Origin: a virus
Lineage: Duplodnaviria; Heunggongvirae; Uroviricota; Caudoviricetes
Strand: one strand, 5' to 3'
Virus record (IMG/VR): IMGVR_UViG_2859788636_000004
DNA length: 21,627 nt
Shown here in pieces: positions 1 to 9,166 of the stretch (position 1 is the stretch's first letter; the number at the start of each line of letters is the position of its first letter). The notes under the pieces are model-generated. The model was not told where the DNA came from. It saw only the letters and a list, made by a program, of their open reading frames with translations, and searched no databases. The translations under genes and the position numbers were made by a program.

Positions 1-294
1 GTGGCGCACGTCTTCGGGGAACGCACTCTGGCCACACTGGAGCGTCTTCTGAGCCTGCTGTCGGCCTTTGAGGTCGTGGTATGGATGACGGATGGCTGGC
101 CGCTGTATGAATCACGCCTGAAGGGAAAGCTGCACGTTATCAGCAAGCGTTACACTCAGCGCATTGAGCGACATAATCTGAATCTGAGACAACATCTGGC
201 AAGGCTGGGACGGAAGTCACTGTCGTTCTCAAAATCGGTGGAGCTGCATGACAAGGTCATCGGGCATTATCTGAACATAAAACACTATCAGTAA
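1..294 (+). CDS. insB: IS1 transposase InsB, C-terminal fragment (5' end outside window)
   Basis: ORF translation ...[44 protein letters not shown]... matches the InsB C-terminus; 3 aa differences from the copy at 12479-12982. Confidence 0.85.
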   Translation: MAHVFGERTLATLERLLSLLSAFEVVVWMTDGWPLYESRLKGKLHVISKRYTQRIERHNLNLRQHLARLGRKSLSFSKSVELHDKVIGHYLNIKHYQ

Positions 295-309
295 GTTGGA
301 GTCATTACC
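1..309 (+). mobile_element. IS1, 3' partial copy (window begins inside the element)
   Basis: Sequence 1-294 encodes the C-terminal 97 aa of InsB and is near-identical to 12704-12982 of the complete IS1 in this window; element ends with the IS1 terminal repeat ...AAGTTGGAGTCATTACC at 309. Confidence 0.9.
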
Positions 310-407
310 GGAGTTATTCCTTCCCCGTTGAGGACACCGGGTTGTCAGGTTGACCATACGCTTAAGTGACAACCACGCCACAACACTCCATGTTGATTGG
401 TACCTTT

Positions 408-448
408 GGCGGCATCAGTTTCATTGCTGGCTGATGTCCGCCCTTTTT
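408..448 (+). terminator. Rho-independent terminator-like hairpin (plus strand)
   Basis: GGCGGCATCAG (408-418) pairs with CTGATGTCCGCC (431-442) with one bulged base and a 12-nt loop, followed by CTTTTT (443-448). No T-run on the opposite strand. Confidence 0.5.
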
Positions 449-743
449 AAAGTGAATTTTGTGATGCGGTGAATGCGGCTGAGCGCACGCGGAACAGTTA
501 AAAAGCGATTAGTTCCCACGTATCGGGTGGTTATGGGTTTCCCTGTATCCGGCGTTAATTGTTAACTGGTTAACGTCACCTGGAGGCACCAGGCACCGCA
601 TCAACAAAGTTCACTTCGGTGATGAAAGGTAAGAGAAAATGTTGAATGTAGCTATTGAAAACCAGAACGGGTGGAATTATAGTGCATCTGCACCTCATAA
701 AACGGGGGCCGGGCGTGGAAACCCGAACGTTACTCGAGCGCAT

Positions 744-767
744 AGCCGCGCTGAAGCGGTTTTTTTA
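744..767 (+). terminator. Rho-independent terminator (plus strand)
   Basis: AGCCGC / GCGGT stem (about 6 bp including a G-U pair) with 6-nt loop, followed by seven T (760-766). Confidence 0.5.
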
Positions 768-935
768 TGCGTAATGCACAGCTCCATTCAAATTATGGTG
801 GGATGTGCAGGGCAGTCGCAAGACTGGCCGGGTTCTCGAGTGACCGGTATTTCCACCCCTGTACGTCTCACCACCCTTATGGTCGTGGAAAACCTCGGTG
901 GTGAGTTAATTAACTTATCACTCGAGGATGCCATC

Positions 936-1477
936 ATGGCTACTATCCCTGCCCTTTCTCACCCTGACGTAACCATCGAAAACGGTCGCGCTGTCACTAC
1001 GTCTGTTGCGGTTGCAGAGTTCTTCCACAAACGACACGACAATGTGTTACGTGCCATCGCAAATACTGAATGCTCACCTGAATTTAACGCCCTCAATTTT
1101 GAGGACGTCACCTACACCGACACCAAAGGCGAAAAACGTCCAATGTACCAAATCACCAAAAACGGCTTCGTTTTCCTGGTGATGGGCTTCACTGGGAAAA
1201 AAGCCGCTGCATTCAAAGAGGCCTACATCGCTGATGTTCGACCGCATGGAGGCAGAACTGCACCAGAATAATACCCCGTCCGCTGACAAGATGATTCCGG
1301 GTAACGGTCGCACTCTGGTTGTGCACTTCGACGAACACGGCAATATCAGATTCACCGAAACTGTTCCTGACGGTGCACTGGTCTGTACCCTGGATACTTT
1401 CCAGTTTTATCTGGAAAAACAGGGGTGGGCTCTTGTAAACCGGAGCGCAATTAAAAATATGACCGTAGAGCAGCTGC
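936..1477 (+). pseudogene. Rha-family phage regulatory (antirepressor-like) gene, inactivated by frameshift and IS2 insertion
   Basis: N-terminus MATIPALSHPDVTIENGRAVTTSVAVAEFFHKRHDNVLRAIAN carries the Rha-domain signature (K-R-H-D-N-V-L-R). Reading frame shifts near 1234-1271 (two overlapping ORFs 639..1271 and 1234..1527). IS2 interrupts at 1478; after removing IS2 plus one TSD copy the frame continues ...EQLLSIK to a stop at 2825-2827. Confidence 0.65.
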
Positions 1478-1568
1478 TAGACTGGCCCCCTGAATCTCCA
1501 GACAACCAGTATCACTTATTTAAGTGATAGTCTTAATACTAGTTTTTAGACTAGTCATTGGAGAACAG

Positions 1569-1934
1569 ATGATTGATGTCTTAGGGCCGGAGAAACGCAG
1601 ACGGCGTACCACACAGGAAAAGATCGCAATTGTTCAGCAGAGCTTTGAACCGGGGATGACGGTCTCCCTCGTTGCCCGGCAACATGGTGTAGCAGCCAGC
1701 CAGTTATTTCTCTGGCGTAAGCAATACCAGGAAGGAAGTCTTACTGCTGTGGCCGCCGGAGAACAGGTTGTTCCTGCCTCTGAACTTGCTGCCGCCATGA
1801 AGCAGATTAAAGAACTCCAGCGCCTGCTCGGCAAGAAAACGATGAAAAATGAACTCCTCAAAGAAGCCGTTGAATATGGACGGGCAAAAAAGTGGATAGC
1901 GCACGCGCCCTTATTGCCCGGGGATGGGGAGTAA
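1569..1934 (+). CDS. insC: IS2 OrfA (InsC), HTH DNA-binding transposase subunit
   Basis: [41 protein letters not shown]... ; A6G slippery motif GGCAAAAAAGTGG at about 1877-1890 precedes the overlap with orfB. Confidence 0.9.
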   Translation: MIDVLGPEKRRRRTTQEKIAIVQQSFEPGMTVSLVARQHGVAASQLFLWRKQYQEGSLTAVAAGEQVVPASELAAAMKQIKELQRLLGKKTMKNELLKEAVEYGRAKKWIAHAPLLPGDGE

Positions 1935-2797
1935 GCTTAGTCAGCCGTTGTCTCCGGGTGTCGCGTGCGCAGTTGCACGTCATTCTCAGACGAACCGATG
2001 ACTGGATGGATGGCCGCCGCAGTCGTCACACTGATGATACGGATGTGCTTCTCCGTATACACCATGTTATCGGAGAGCTGCCCACGTATGGTTATCGTCG
2101 GGTATGGGCGCTGCTTCGCAGACAGGCAGAACTTGATGGTATGCCTGCGATCAATGCCAAACGTGTTTACCGGCTCATGCGCCAGAATGCGCTGTTGCTT
2201 GAGCGAAAACCTGCTGTACCGCCATCGAAACGGGCACATACAGGCAGAGTGGCCGTGAAAGAAAGCAATCAGCGATGGTGCTCTGACGGGTTCGAGTTCT
2301 GCTGTGATAACGGAGAGAGACTGCGTGTCACGTTCGCGCTGGACTGCTGTGATCGTGAGGCACTGCACTGGGCGGTGACTACCGGCGGCTTCAACAGTGA
2401 AACAGTACAGGACGTCATGCTGGGAGCAGTGGAACGCCGCTTCGGCAACGATCTTCCGTCGTCTCCAGTGGAGTGGCTGACGGATAATGGTTCATGCTAC
2501 CGGGCTAATGAAACACGCCAGTTCGCCCGGATGTTGGGACTTGAACCGAAGAACACGGCGGTGCGGAGTCCGGAGAGTAACGGAATAGCAGAGAGCTTCG
2601 TGAAAACGATAAAGCGTGACTACATCAGTATCATGCCCAAACCAGACGGGTTAACGGCAGCAAAGAACCTTGCAGAGGCGTTCGAGCATTATAACGAATG
2701 GCATCCGCATAGTGCGCTGGGTTATCGCTCGCCACGGGAATATCTGCGGCAGCGGGCTTGTAATGGGTTAAGTGATAACAGATGTCTGGAAATATAG
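1892..2797 (+). CDS. insD: IS2 OrfB (InsD), DDE transposase catalytic subunit, expressed as an OrfAB fusion by -1 frameshift
   Basis: 301-aa ORF overlapping orfA in the -1 frame; IS3-family DDE-type sequence (...WLTDNGSCY...[16 protein letters not shown]...). Confidence 0.9.
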   Translation: MDSARALIARGWGVSLVSRCLRVSRAQLHVILRRTDDWMDGRRSRHTDDTDVLLRIHHVIGELPTYGYRRVWALLRRQAELDGMPAINAKRVYRLMRQNALLLERKPAVPPSKRAHTGRVAVKESNQRWCSDGFEFCCDNGERLRVTFALDCCDREALHWAVTTGGFNSETVQDVMLGAVERRFGNDLPSSPVEWLTDNGSCYRANETRQFARMLGLEPKNTAVRSPESNGIAESFVKTIKRDYISIMPKPDGLTAAKNLAEAFEHYNEWHPHSALGYRSPREYLRQRACNGLSDNRCLEI

Positions 2798-2873
2798 GGG
2801 CAAATCCAGCTGCTAAGTATTAAATAACTTTCCTGAGATTTCCTTTGTAAGACTGTTTATTAAGGAGGCTTCC

Positions 2874-3095
2874 ATGATTGCTCATCACTTCGGAACTGAT
2901 GAAATACCACGTCAGTGTGTGACTCCTGGCGATTATGTTCTTCATGAAGGTCGGACATATATCGCCTCGGCAAACAATATTAAAAAGCGAAAACTTTATA
3001 TTCGTAGCCTGACTACAAAAACATGCATTTCTGACTGCATGATTAAAGTCTTCCTCGGTCGTGATGGTTTACCTGTAAAGGCGGAGTCATGGTAA
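2874..3095 (+). CDS. Hypothetical small protein (73 aa)
   Basis: ATG at 2874 preceded by strong SD AGGAGG (2863-2868); AT-rich region; no family recognised. Confidence 0.5.
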   Translation: MIAHHFGTDEIPRQCVTPGDYVLHEGRTYIASANNIKKRKLYIRSLTTKTCISDCMIKVFLGRDGLPVKAESW

Positions 3096-3265
3096 TGACT
3101 AAGAAAATAAAATGTGCTTATCACCTTTGCAATAAAGAAATTGAAGAAAGCAAAATCATTACAAGACCACTTCATTTCATGCGTGGAGTTATACCAACGA
3201 CGGAAATGAAAAAATATTGTAGTGAAATCTGTGCCGAAAAAGACCAGATGGCACACGAACTTTAA
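3095..3265 (+). CDS. Hypothetical 56-aa protein with zinc-ribbon-like Cys pairs
   Basis: ATG at 3095 overlaps the stop of the upstream ORF (TGGTAATG), suggesting translational coupling; protein [19 protein letters not shown]...KKYCSEICAEKDQMAHEL has CxxxxC and CxxxC motifs. Not in the ORF track because it is under 60 aa. Confidence 0.4.
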   Translation: MTKKIKCAYHLCNKEIEESKIITRPLHFMRGVIPTTEMKKYCSEICAEKDQMAHEL

Positions 3266-3339
3266 TTAACTGACTATCCGAAACTGAATTTATGCCAGCA
3301 ATGGCAGGGATTCGCTCAACCTTAATTAAGGAGAAAAAC

Positions 3340-3615
3340 ATGATTACCAGTTATGAAGCCACTGTTGTAACTACTGATGACATTGTTCACGAGGTTAATC
3401 TGGAAGGAAAGCGTATTGGCTACGTGATTAAGACAGAAAATAAAGAAACCCCATTCACTGTGGTTGATATCGACGGTCCATCAGGCAACGTTAAAACACT
3501 TAACGATGGTGTAAAAAAAATGTGTCTGGTGCACATAGGAAAGAATCTGCCCGCAGAAAAAAAAGCCGAATTTCTGGCAACTCTGATTGCAATGAAATTA
3601 AAAGGTGAAATCTGA
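3340..3615 (+). CDS. Hypothetical protein (91 aa)
   Basis: ATG at 3340 with SD AAGGAG 7 nt upstream; ORF MITSYEATVVTTDDIVHEVNLEGKRIGYVIK...; no family recognised. Confidence 0.5.
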   Translation: MITSYEATVVTTDDIVHEVNLEGKRIGYVIKTENKETPFTVVDIDGPSGNVKTLNDGVKKMCLVHIGKNLPAEKKAEFLATLIAMKLKGEI

Positions 3616-3625
3616 AAAAAAGAAA

Positions 3626-3644
3626 GCCTGCACACTGTGCAGGC
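3626..3644. terminator. Perfect 19-bp palindrome, possible terminator of ambiguous orientation
   Basis: GCCTGCACA-C-TGTGCAGGC, preceded by an A-run (3614-3625). A U-tract follows the hairpin only on the minus-strand transcript. Confidence 0.35.
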
Positions 3645-3714
3645 CTGAATGAAGAACCTGGGACATTTATTCATCACTCGCAGTAATTTTAATCTGAGTT
3701 GAGGTTAAAAAACA

Positions 3715-5139
3715 ATGAACACCGATAAACAAGTTTACCCACTGTATTACGAAGCAAAAAATGACAAAGTAAGAAAACGTCTCGGTATTAAAGGCGGTTT
3801 TTACTGGGCTGAAGCGAAAAAATTATCCATTGCCATCTCCCGTGGTGCTGTTGCGATTGACGATGCAGGCTACGATGAAGATGACTTTAAAAAACCTGTT
3901 CGCGTCAATTTGCCCGTTGTTGATGACCTCCCGCCAGAAGGCGTATTTGATACGGAATTCTGCAACCGTTACGAAAAAGGCGGGGAAGATGGCATCACAA
4001 TGGTATTTATCGCATCTTCTCCCTCTGTTCAGGACAAACCGGCCAGCACTGACAATACCAACGTCAACGGCGAAGACATGACAGAAATTGAGGAGAACAT
4101 GCTCCTGCCAGTTTCCGGTCAGGAACTGCCCATTCGCTGGCTTGCGCAACACGGCAGCGAAAAACCAGTAACGCACGTTTCACGCGACGAACTCCAGGCA
4201 TTACACATTGCTCGGGATGAAGAACTACCAGCTGTTACTGCCCTGGCTGTTTCCCACAAAACCAGCCTGCTCGATCCGCTGGAAATTCGCGATCTCCACA
4301 AACTGGTGCGTGATACTGACAGAGTTTTCCCTAATCCAGGCAATTCAAGCCTGGGGCTGATGACTGCTTTTTTCGAAGCATACATGGACGCAGACTACAC
4401 CGATCGCGGTCTGCTGACAAAAGAGTGGATGAAAGGAAATCGTGTTTCACGCATCACGCGCACGGCTTCCGGCGCTAATGCTGGCGGCGGGAACCTCACC
4501 GATCGCGGCGAAGGTTTCGTTCACGATCTGACGTCACTGGCGCGCGACGTAGCCACTGGCGTACTGGCTCGTTCAATGGACGTGGACATTTATAACCTTC
4601 ATCCGGCACACGCTAAACGTGTCGAGGAAATTATCGCTGAAAATAAACCGCCCTTTTCTGTTTTCCGCGACAAATTCATCACCATGCCTGGCGGGATGGA
4701 TTATTCCCGCGCCATCGTGGTTGCGTCAGTGAAAGAAGCACCGATTGGTATCGAGGTCATCCCCGCTCACGTCACTGAATATCTGAACAAGGTACTGACT
4801 GAAACCGATCATGCCAACCCTGATCCGGAAATCGTGGATATTGCCTGCGGTCGCTCCTCTGCCCCGATGCCGCAACGTGTAACAGAAGAAGGAAAACAGG
4901 ATGATGAAGAAAAAACGCAGCCATCTGGCGCAATGGCAGATGAACAGGCAACGGCTGAAACAATGGAACCGGATGCAACTGAACATCATCAGAACACGCA
5001 GCCGCTGGATGCTCAGTCACAGGTAAATTCTGTTGATGAGAAATATCAGGAACTACGGGCAGAACTCCATGAAGCCCGGAAAAACATTCCGCCCAAAAAT
5101 CCTGTCGATGCAGACAAATTACTGGCTGCCTTGAGGTAG
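3715..5139 (+). CDS. Hypothetical prophage protein, 474 aa, acidic C-terminal region; 3' end and stop codon lie in an IS600 end fragment
   Basis: Long uninterrupted ORF with ATG at 3715; internal repeated TDRG motif (YTDRGLL and NLTDRGEG) and a Gly-rich stretch; the last codons TTG-AGG-TAG overlap the IS600 left-end fragment starting at 5132. No family recognised from memory. Confidence 0.65.
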   Translation: MNTDKQVYPLYYEAKNDKVRKRLGIKGGFYWAEAKKLSIAISRGAVAIDDAGYDEDDFKKPVRVNLPVVDDLPPEGVFDTEFCNRYEKGGEDGITMVFIASSPSVQDKPASTDNTNVNGEDMTEIEENMLLPVSGQELPIRWLAQHGSEKPVTHVSRDELQALHIARDEELPAVTALAVSHKTSLLDPLEIRDLHKLVRDTDRVFPNPGNSSLGLMTAFFEAYMDADYTDRGLLTKEWMKGNRVSRITRTASGANAGGGNLTDRGEGFVHDLTSLARDVATGVLARSMDVDIYNLHPAHAKRVEEIIAENKPPFSVFRDKFITMPGGMDYSRAIVVASVKEAPIGIEVIPAHVTEYLNKVLTETDHANPDPEIVDIACGRSSAPMPQRVTEEGKQDDEEKTQPSGAMADEQATAETMEPDATEHHQNTQPLDAQSQVNSVDEKYQELRAELHEARKNIPPKNPVDADKLLAALR

Positions 5140-5143
5140 CCTG
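5132..5143 (+). repeat. Orphan 12-bp fragment identical to the first 12 bp of the IS600 left end
   Basis: TGAGGTAGCCTG equals bases 1-12 of the IS600 left end as seen in the copy at 19928; it directly abuts the right end of IS600 copy A. Confidence 0.5.
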
Positions 5144-5186
5144 TGAGGTGTACTGGCAATAGCGGACACTACCATTTGTTCTTTTT

Positions 5187-6005
5187 TTAAGCAGCCATCT
5201 GATGATATTTTTCCCTGAAGGCTGCCGGGGAGATATTCCCCAGACGAGAGTGACGACGCTGACGATTGTAGAAAATCTCAATGTATTCCCGTATTACTGA
5301 GGTGGCTTCATCCCGGTTATTAAAACGATAGTGGCTCAGGCTCTCATTTTTCAGCGTTCCCCAGAAGCTTTCCATCGGAGCGTTGTCGTAACAGTTACCT
5401 TTACGCGACATTGATGTTTTCAGACCAGACTGCTCCTGTATGACCCGGTAATCGTATGCGCAGTACTGTGAACCTCGATCAGAGTGGTGGATTAGCCCGG
5501 CAGGTGGGCGCTGGCTCCTGAGCGCCATAAACAGGGCTTTACCTGTCAGCTCTTTTGTCATGCGCTCTCCCATGGCGTAGCCGACAATTTCACACGTATA
5601 AACATCTTTGATGCCAGCGAGGTACAACCATCCCTCCTGTGTGGCAACATACGTCAGGTCCGCCACCCAGACCTGATTTGGTGCTGTAGGAGCGAACGTC
5701 TGGTTCAGCAGATTTGGCGCAACTGGCAGATTGTGGTTCGGGTTCGTAGTCGCTCTGAACTTGCGTTTCTGCTTACAGCGTAGCCTCAGCTCCTTACGAA
5801 GACGTGCCAGTCGGTCACGACCAACGATGATGCCATTCTCTGCCAGCTCCGTCTGGAGCCGCCGGGTTCCATATGTTTCGCGAGTGCGGATATGTGCCAC
5901 CTTAATCTCCAGTTTTAGCCGCTCATCACTTTGTTTTCTGTCTGAGGGTTCATGCTGTACCCAGTTGTAATAACCGCTCCTGGATACACCAAATACCTGA
6001 CACAT
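5187..6005 (-). CDS. IS600 OrfB transposase (DDE)
   Basis: 272-aa ORF, IS3-family integrase-core sequence (...IHHSDRGSQYCAYDY...SRKGNCYDNAPMESFWGTLK...). Confidence 0.9.
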   Translation of the reverse strand: MCQVFGVSRSGYYNWVQHEPSDRKQSDERLKLEIKVAHIRTRETYGTRRLQTELAENGIIVGRDRLARLRKELRLRCKQKRKFRATTNPNHNLPVAPNLLNQTFAPTAPNQVWVADLTYVATQEGWLYLAGIKDVYTCEIVGYAMGERMTKELTGKALFMALRSQRPPAGLIHHSDRGSQYCAYDYRVIQEQSGLKTSMSRKGNCYDNAPMESFWGTLKNESLSHYRFNNRDEATSVIREYIEIFYNRQRRHSRLGNISPAAFREKYHQMAA

Positions 6006-6040
6006 CGCTTCAATGGGAAATTGTTGTCGCCATTGTTCGA

Positions 6041-6343
6041 TTAACGCGTATTTTTCAGCGACTCCTGTGCAAAATACGCTGTTGCTTTTTTTAATATATC
6101 TCGCTCAAGGCGAGCTTCATTTAACGCCTTACGCAGTTGCAGAATTTCAGATTCCAGTTCAGCCACCGTGCGGGAACCAGGAGTACCGAGCCCTTTTCTG
6201 GCGGCGGTAACCCATTGTCCTAAAGTGCCTTCAGGAAGAGATAATCGGGAAGCGCCTTCACTGATCGAAAGTTGATTTTCAAGAACCGTTCTGACAGCTT
6301 CGGCTTTGAACTCTTTAGAGTAACGTTGGGTTTTTCTGCTCAT
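6041..6343 (-). CDS. IS600 OrfA (HTH transposase subunit)
   Basis: 100-aa [37 protein letters not shown]... with leucine-zipper-like C-terminus; A7G slippery run near its 3' end. Confidence 0.9.
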   Translation of the reverse strand: MSRKTQRYSKEFKAEAVRTVLENQLSISEGASRLSLPEGTLGQWVTAARKGLGTPGSRTVAELESEILQLRKALNEARLERDILKKATAYFAQESLKNTR

Positions 6344-6407
6344 TATTAGCTCCTTCTGATGCCATTCTATTTCAGGAAGGAGTGTCCGTTAAACTCAGGC
6401 TACCTCA

Positions 6408-6658
6408 GAGCGCTTATCCGATTTTTGATCGTATTGAAGAAATGGCATGGGCTCGTCACTACCAGCAGATCGTTCGTGAAGAAAAAGAAACGGAACTGGC
6501 GGACGACCTGGAAAAAGGTCTGCCTCAGCACCTGTTTGAATCGCTCTGCATCGACCATTTGCAACGCCACGGTGCCAATAAACAGGCAATCAGCCACGCA
6601 TTTGATGATGATGTTGAGTTTCAGGAGCGCATGGCAGAACACATCCGGTACATGGCTG
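6408..6658 (+). pseudogene. Orphan internal gene fragment (about 83 codons) trapped between IS600 copy A and IS911
   Basis: Open frame ...[83 protein letters not shown] runs from the IS600 boundary into IS911 with no start or stop of its own; family not recognised. Confidence 0.3.
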
Positions 6659-6730
6659 TGAAGTGGCACACTGAATTTGGCCACCTGAACAGAGGTGATA
6701 TGCTCACCTCAGAACAACACAGGTGCTCCA

Positions 6731-7899
<1,169 letters not shown>

Positions 7900-8094
7900 C
7901 CACTTCAAGTAGTAGACGCCGTTACGCTGGTAGAGATAGTAGACTGCTGGAAGTTTGTGACTACTGGATAGCTGAATCATATGTCTGTATGCCCTGAGAG
8001 GGTTACACAGTGGGTTACAGTAAGTAACTCTGCAAGGAGGCTTAAAGCCGTATCCCTTAGGATTCAGTAGGTTGGAGTACTTTAAGAAAGGTCA

Positions 8095-8169
<75 letters not shown>

Positions 8170-8172
8170 ATA

Positions 8173-8248
<76 letters not shown>

Positions 8249-8250
8249 GC

Positions 8251-8327
8251 TGGCCCACCACCGAGGACTCGAACCTCGCACCGTCAACTTAGAAGGTTGA
8301 TGCTCTATCCGGATGAGCTAGTGGTGG
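8251..8327 (-). tRNA. tRNA-Arg (anticodon UCU), atypical C1:G72 acceptor pair
   Basis: Reverse complement CCACCACTAGCTCATCCGGATAGAGCATCAACCTTCTAAGTTGACGGTGCGAGGTTCGAGTCCTCGGTGGTGGGCCA; all four stems pair; anticodon loop CTTCTAA. Confidence 0.7.
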
Positions 8328-8328
8328 T

Positions 8329-8405
8329 TGGTGGCCCTTGCTGGACTTGAACCAGCGACCTGGCGATTATGAGTCGCTCGCTCTGACCAACTGAGCTAAA
8401 GGGCC
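8329..8405 (-). tRNA. tRNA with anticodon CAU, tRNA-Ile2 (lysidine)-like; Met cannot be excluded
   Basis: Reverse complement GGCCCTTTAGCTCAGTTGGTCAGAGCGAGCGACTCATAATCGCCAGGTCGCTGGTTCAAGTCCAGCAAGGGCCACCA; anticodon stem-loop GCGACTCATAATCGC and T-arm resemble E. coli ileX/ileY. Confidence 0.75.
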
Positions 8406-8414
8406 GGAGGCAGA

Positions 8415-8443
8415 ATAATAACCATATGTCATCACATCTGCAA
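8415..8443 (-). promoter_or_regulatory. Candidate sigma70 promoter for the tRNA array
   Basis: On the minus strand, TTGCAG (-35, plus coords 8438-8443), 17-nt spacer, TATTAT (-10, plus coords 8415-8420), about 9 nt upstream of the first tRNA 5' end at 8405. Confidence 0.4.
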
Positions 8444-8493
8444 ACTCATCTGACCACCAGCGCGTTTAACGCCCTGTGCCATTTTTCAGGCAC

Positions 8494-8517
8494 AAAAAAA
8501 CCCGCATAAAGCGGGTT
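8494..8517 (-). terminator. Rho-independent terminator downstream of the ORF6N-domain gene
   Basis: On the minus strand, AACCCGC-TTTAT-GCGGGTT hairpin followed by a T-run of seven. Confidence 0.6.
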
Positions 8518-9166
8518 CTTTCAAGTGTCCATGTCTGCTATTCGCCTCGCGATACAGCTTTGCGAAGCTTACCGGAATTGAAGCAGTTTATGTGCAAAAA
8601 TGCAAGAACTTTTTTAAAGCTGCATCAACCTTTCCACCAGTTTATCTCTGCGAACAACAAACCAACCATTGGCTCTCGCCAGTTCCAGCCATGACTCAAG
8701 GGAAATAACAATATCATCATCCCGTAACTGAATTGTGGAAACAGTGACACCGCCTCTCTGATAACAGAGAACTCGCGTGTCGTAACTTTTCTGGCATGAA
8801 ACTGGCGTTGACGGATCCCTTTGACTGAAATAGCAGTCTTCCAGTTTTTCGAACACATCCCACGCCTGATCGGTTTCGAGCATTTTGCCGTGGCGTGCTG
8901 CGCCTCGTTCTGTCCAGAGGATGAGGGAGCGGGCTTTGGGTGAAACTGGATTTTGTGAGTAGTTTAAAGCGACCCGCAATTCTTTAAGGTCATTACCAAC
9001 AACTTTGAAAAAGTGTTTCCCTTCAACGAAGCGTACTTTGTTCTCATGATGATTCTGGCGAATACGCACCGGCTCAGTGCCGTAAAGCTGCGCCAAAAGT
9101 TCGGTGGTAATAACAGGAATCTGTGAGGTGTACTGGCAATAGCGGACACTACCATTTGTTCTTTTT

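Larger units (their letters stand above)
1478..2808 (+). mobile_element. IS2, complete 1331-bp copy inserted in the Rha-family gene
   Basis: Left end TAGACTGGCCCCCTGAATCTCC at 1478 and right end ...ATAGGGGCAAATCCA at 2808; flanked by a 5-bp direct repeat GCTGC (1473-1477 and 2809-2813). Confidence 0.95.
5144..6407 (-). mobile_element. IS600 (IS3 family), complete 1264-bp copy A, no target-site duplication
   Basis: Ends TGAGGTGTACTGGCAATAGCGG (right end, 5144) and ...GGAGTGTCCGTTAAACTCAGGCTACCTCA (left end, 6407); flanks CTG and GAG differ. Confidence 0.95.

Noticed and set aside
639-935. Upstream part of the 210-aa ORF 639..1271
   Set aside because: This is the in-frame upstream extension of the Rha gene; it reads straight through an intrinsic terminator (744-767) and has no protein-like N-terminus. 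The Rha-family start at 936 fits the family N-terminus much better.
1634-2368. Minus-strand ORFs inside IS2 (1634..1861, 1704..1904, 1937..2368) and the nested plus ORF 1965..2258; same for the second IS2 copy
   Set aside because: Antisense or nested frames within the well-defined IS2 orfA and orfB; no independent support.
3823-4385. ORFs 3823..4176 (-), 3830..4081 (+), 4119..4385 (-) and 4726..4989 (-) overlapping the 474-aa gene
   Set aside because: Shadow frames inside a long, well-supported ORF; low-complexity translations.
4772-5281. 169-aa minus-strand ORF starting MRFSTIVSVVTLVWGISPRQPSG... (same N-terminus as ORFs 8614..9261 and 21054..21248)
   Set aside because: The shared N-terminus is encoded antisense inside the IS600 right end and reads outward into unrelated flanking DNA; here it is antisense to the 474-aa gene. 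At 8614-9261 the downstream part is the real ORF6N gene, so the fusion is an artefact of the insertion.
5731-6210. Plus-strand ORFs antisense to IS600 orfA and orfB (5731..5970, 6013..6210; equivalents in copies B and C)
   Set aside because: Repeated identically only because the IS is repeated; antisense to the known transposase genes.
7908-8094. Short inverted repeat CTTAAAG...CTTTAAG (8041-8086) and TAGTAGAC direct repeats downstream of the tRNA array
   Set aside because: Short, imperfect, and not followed by a U-tract; cannot be distinguished from chance in AT-rich DNA.
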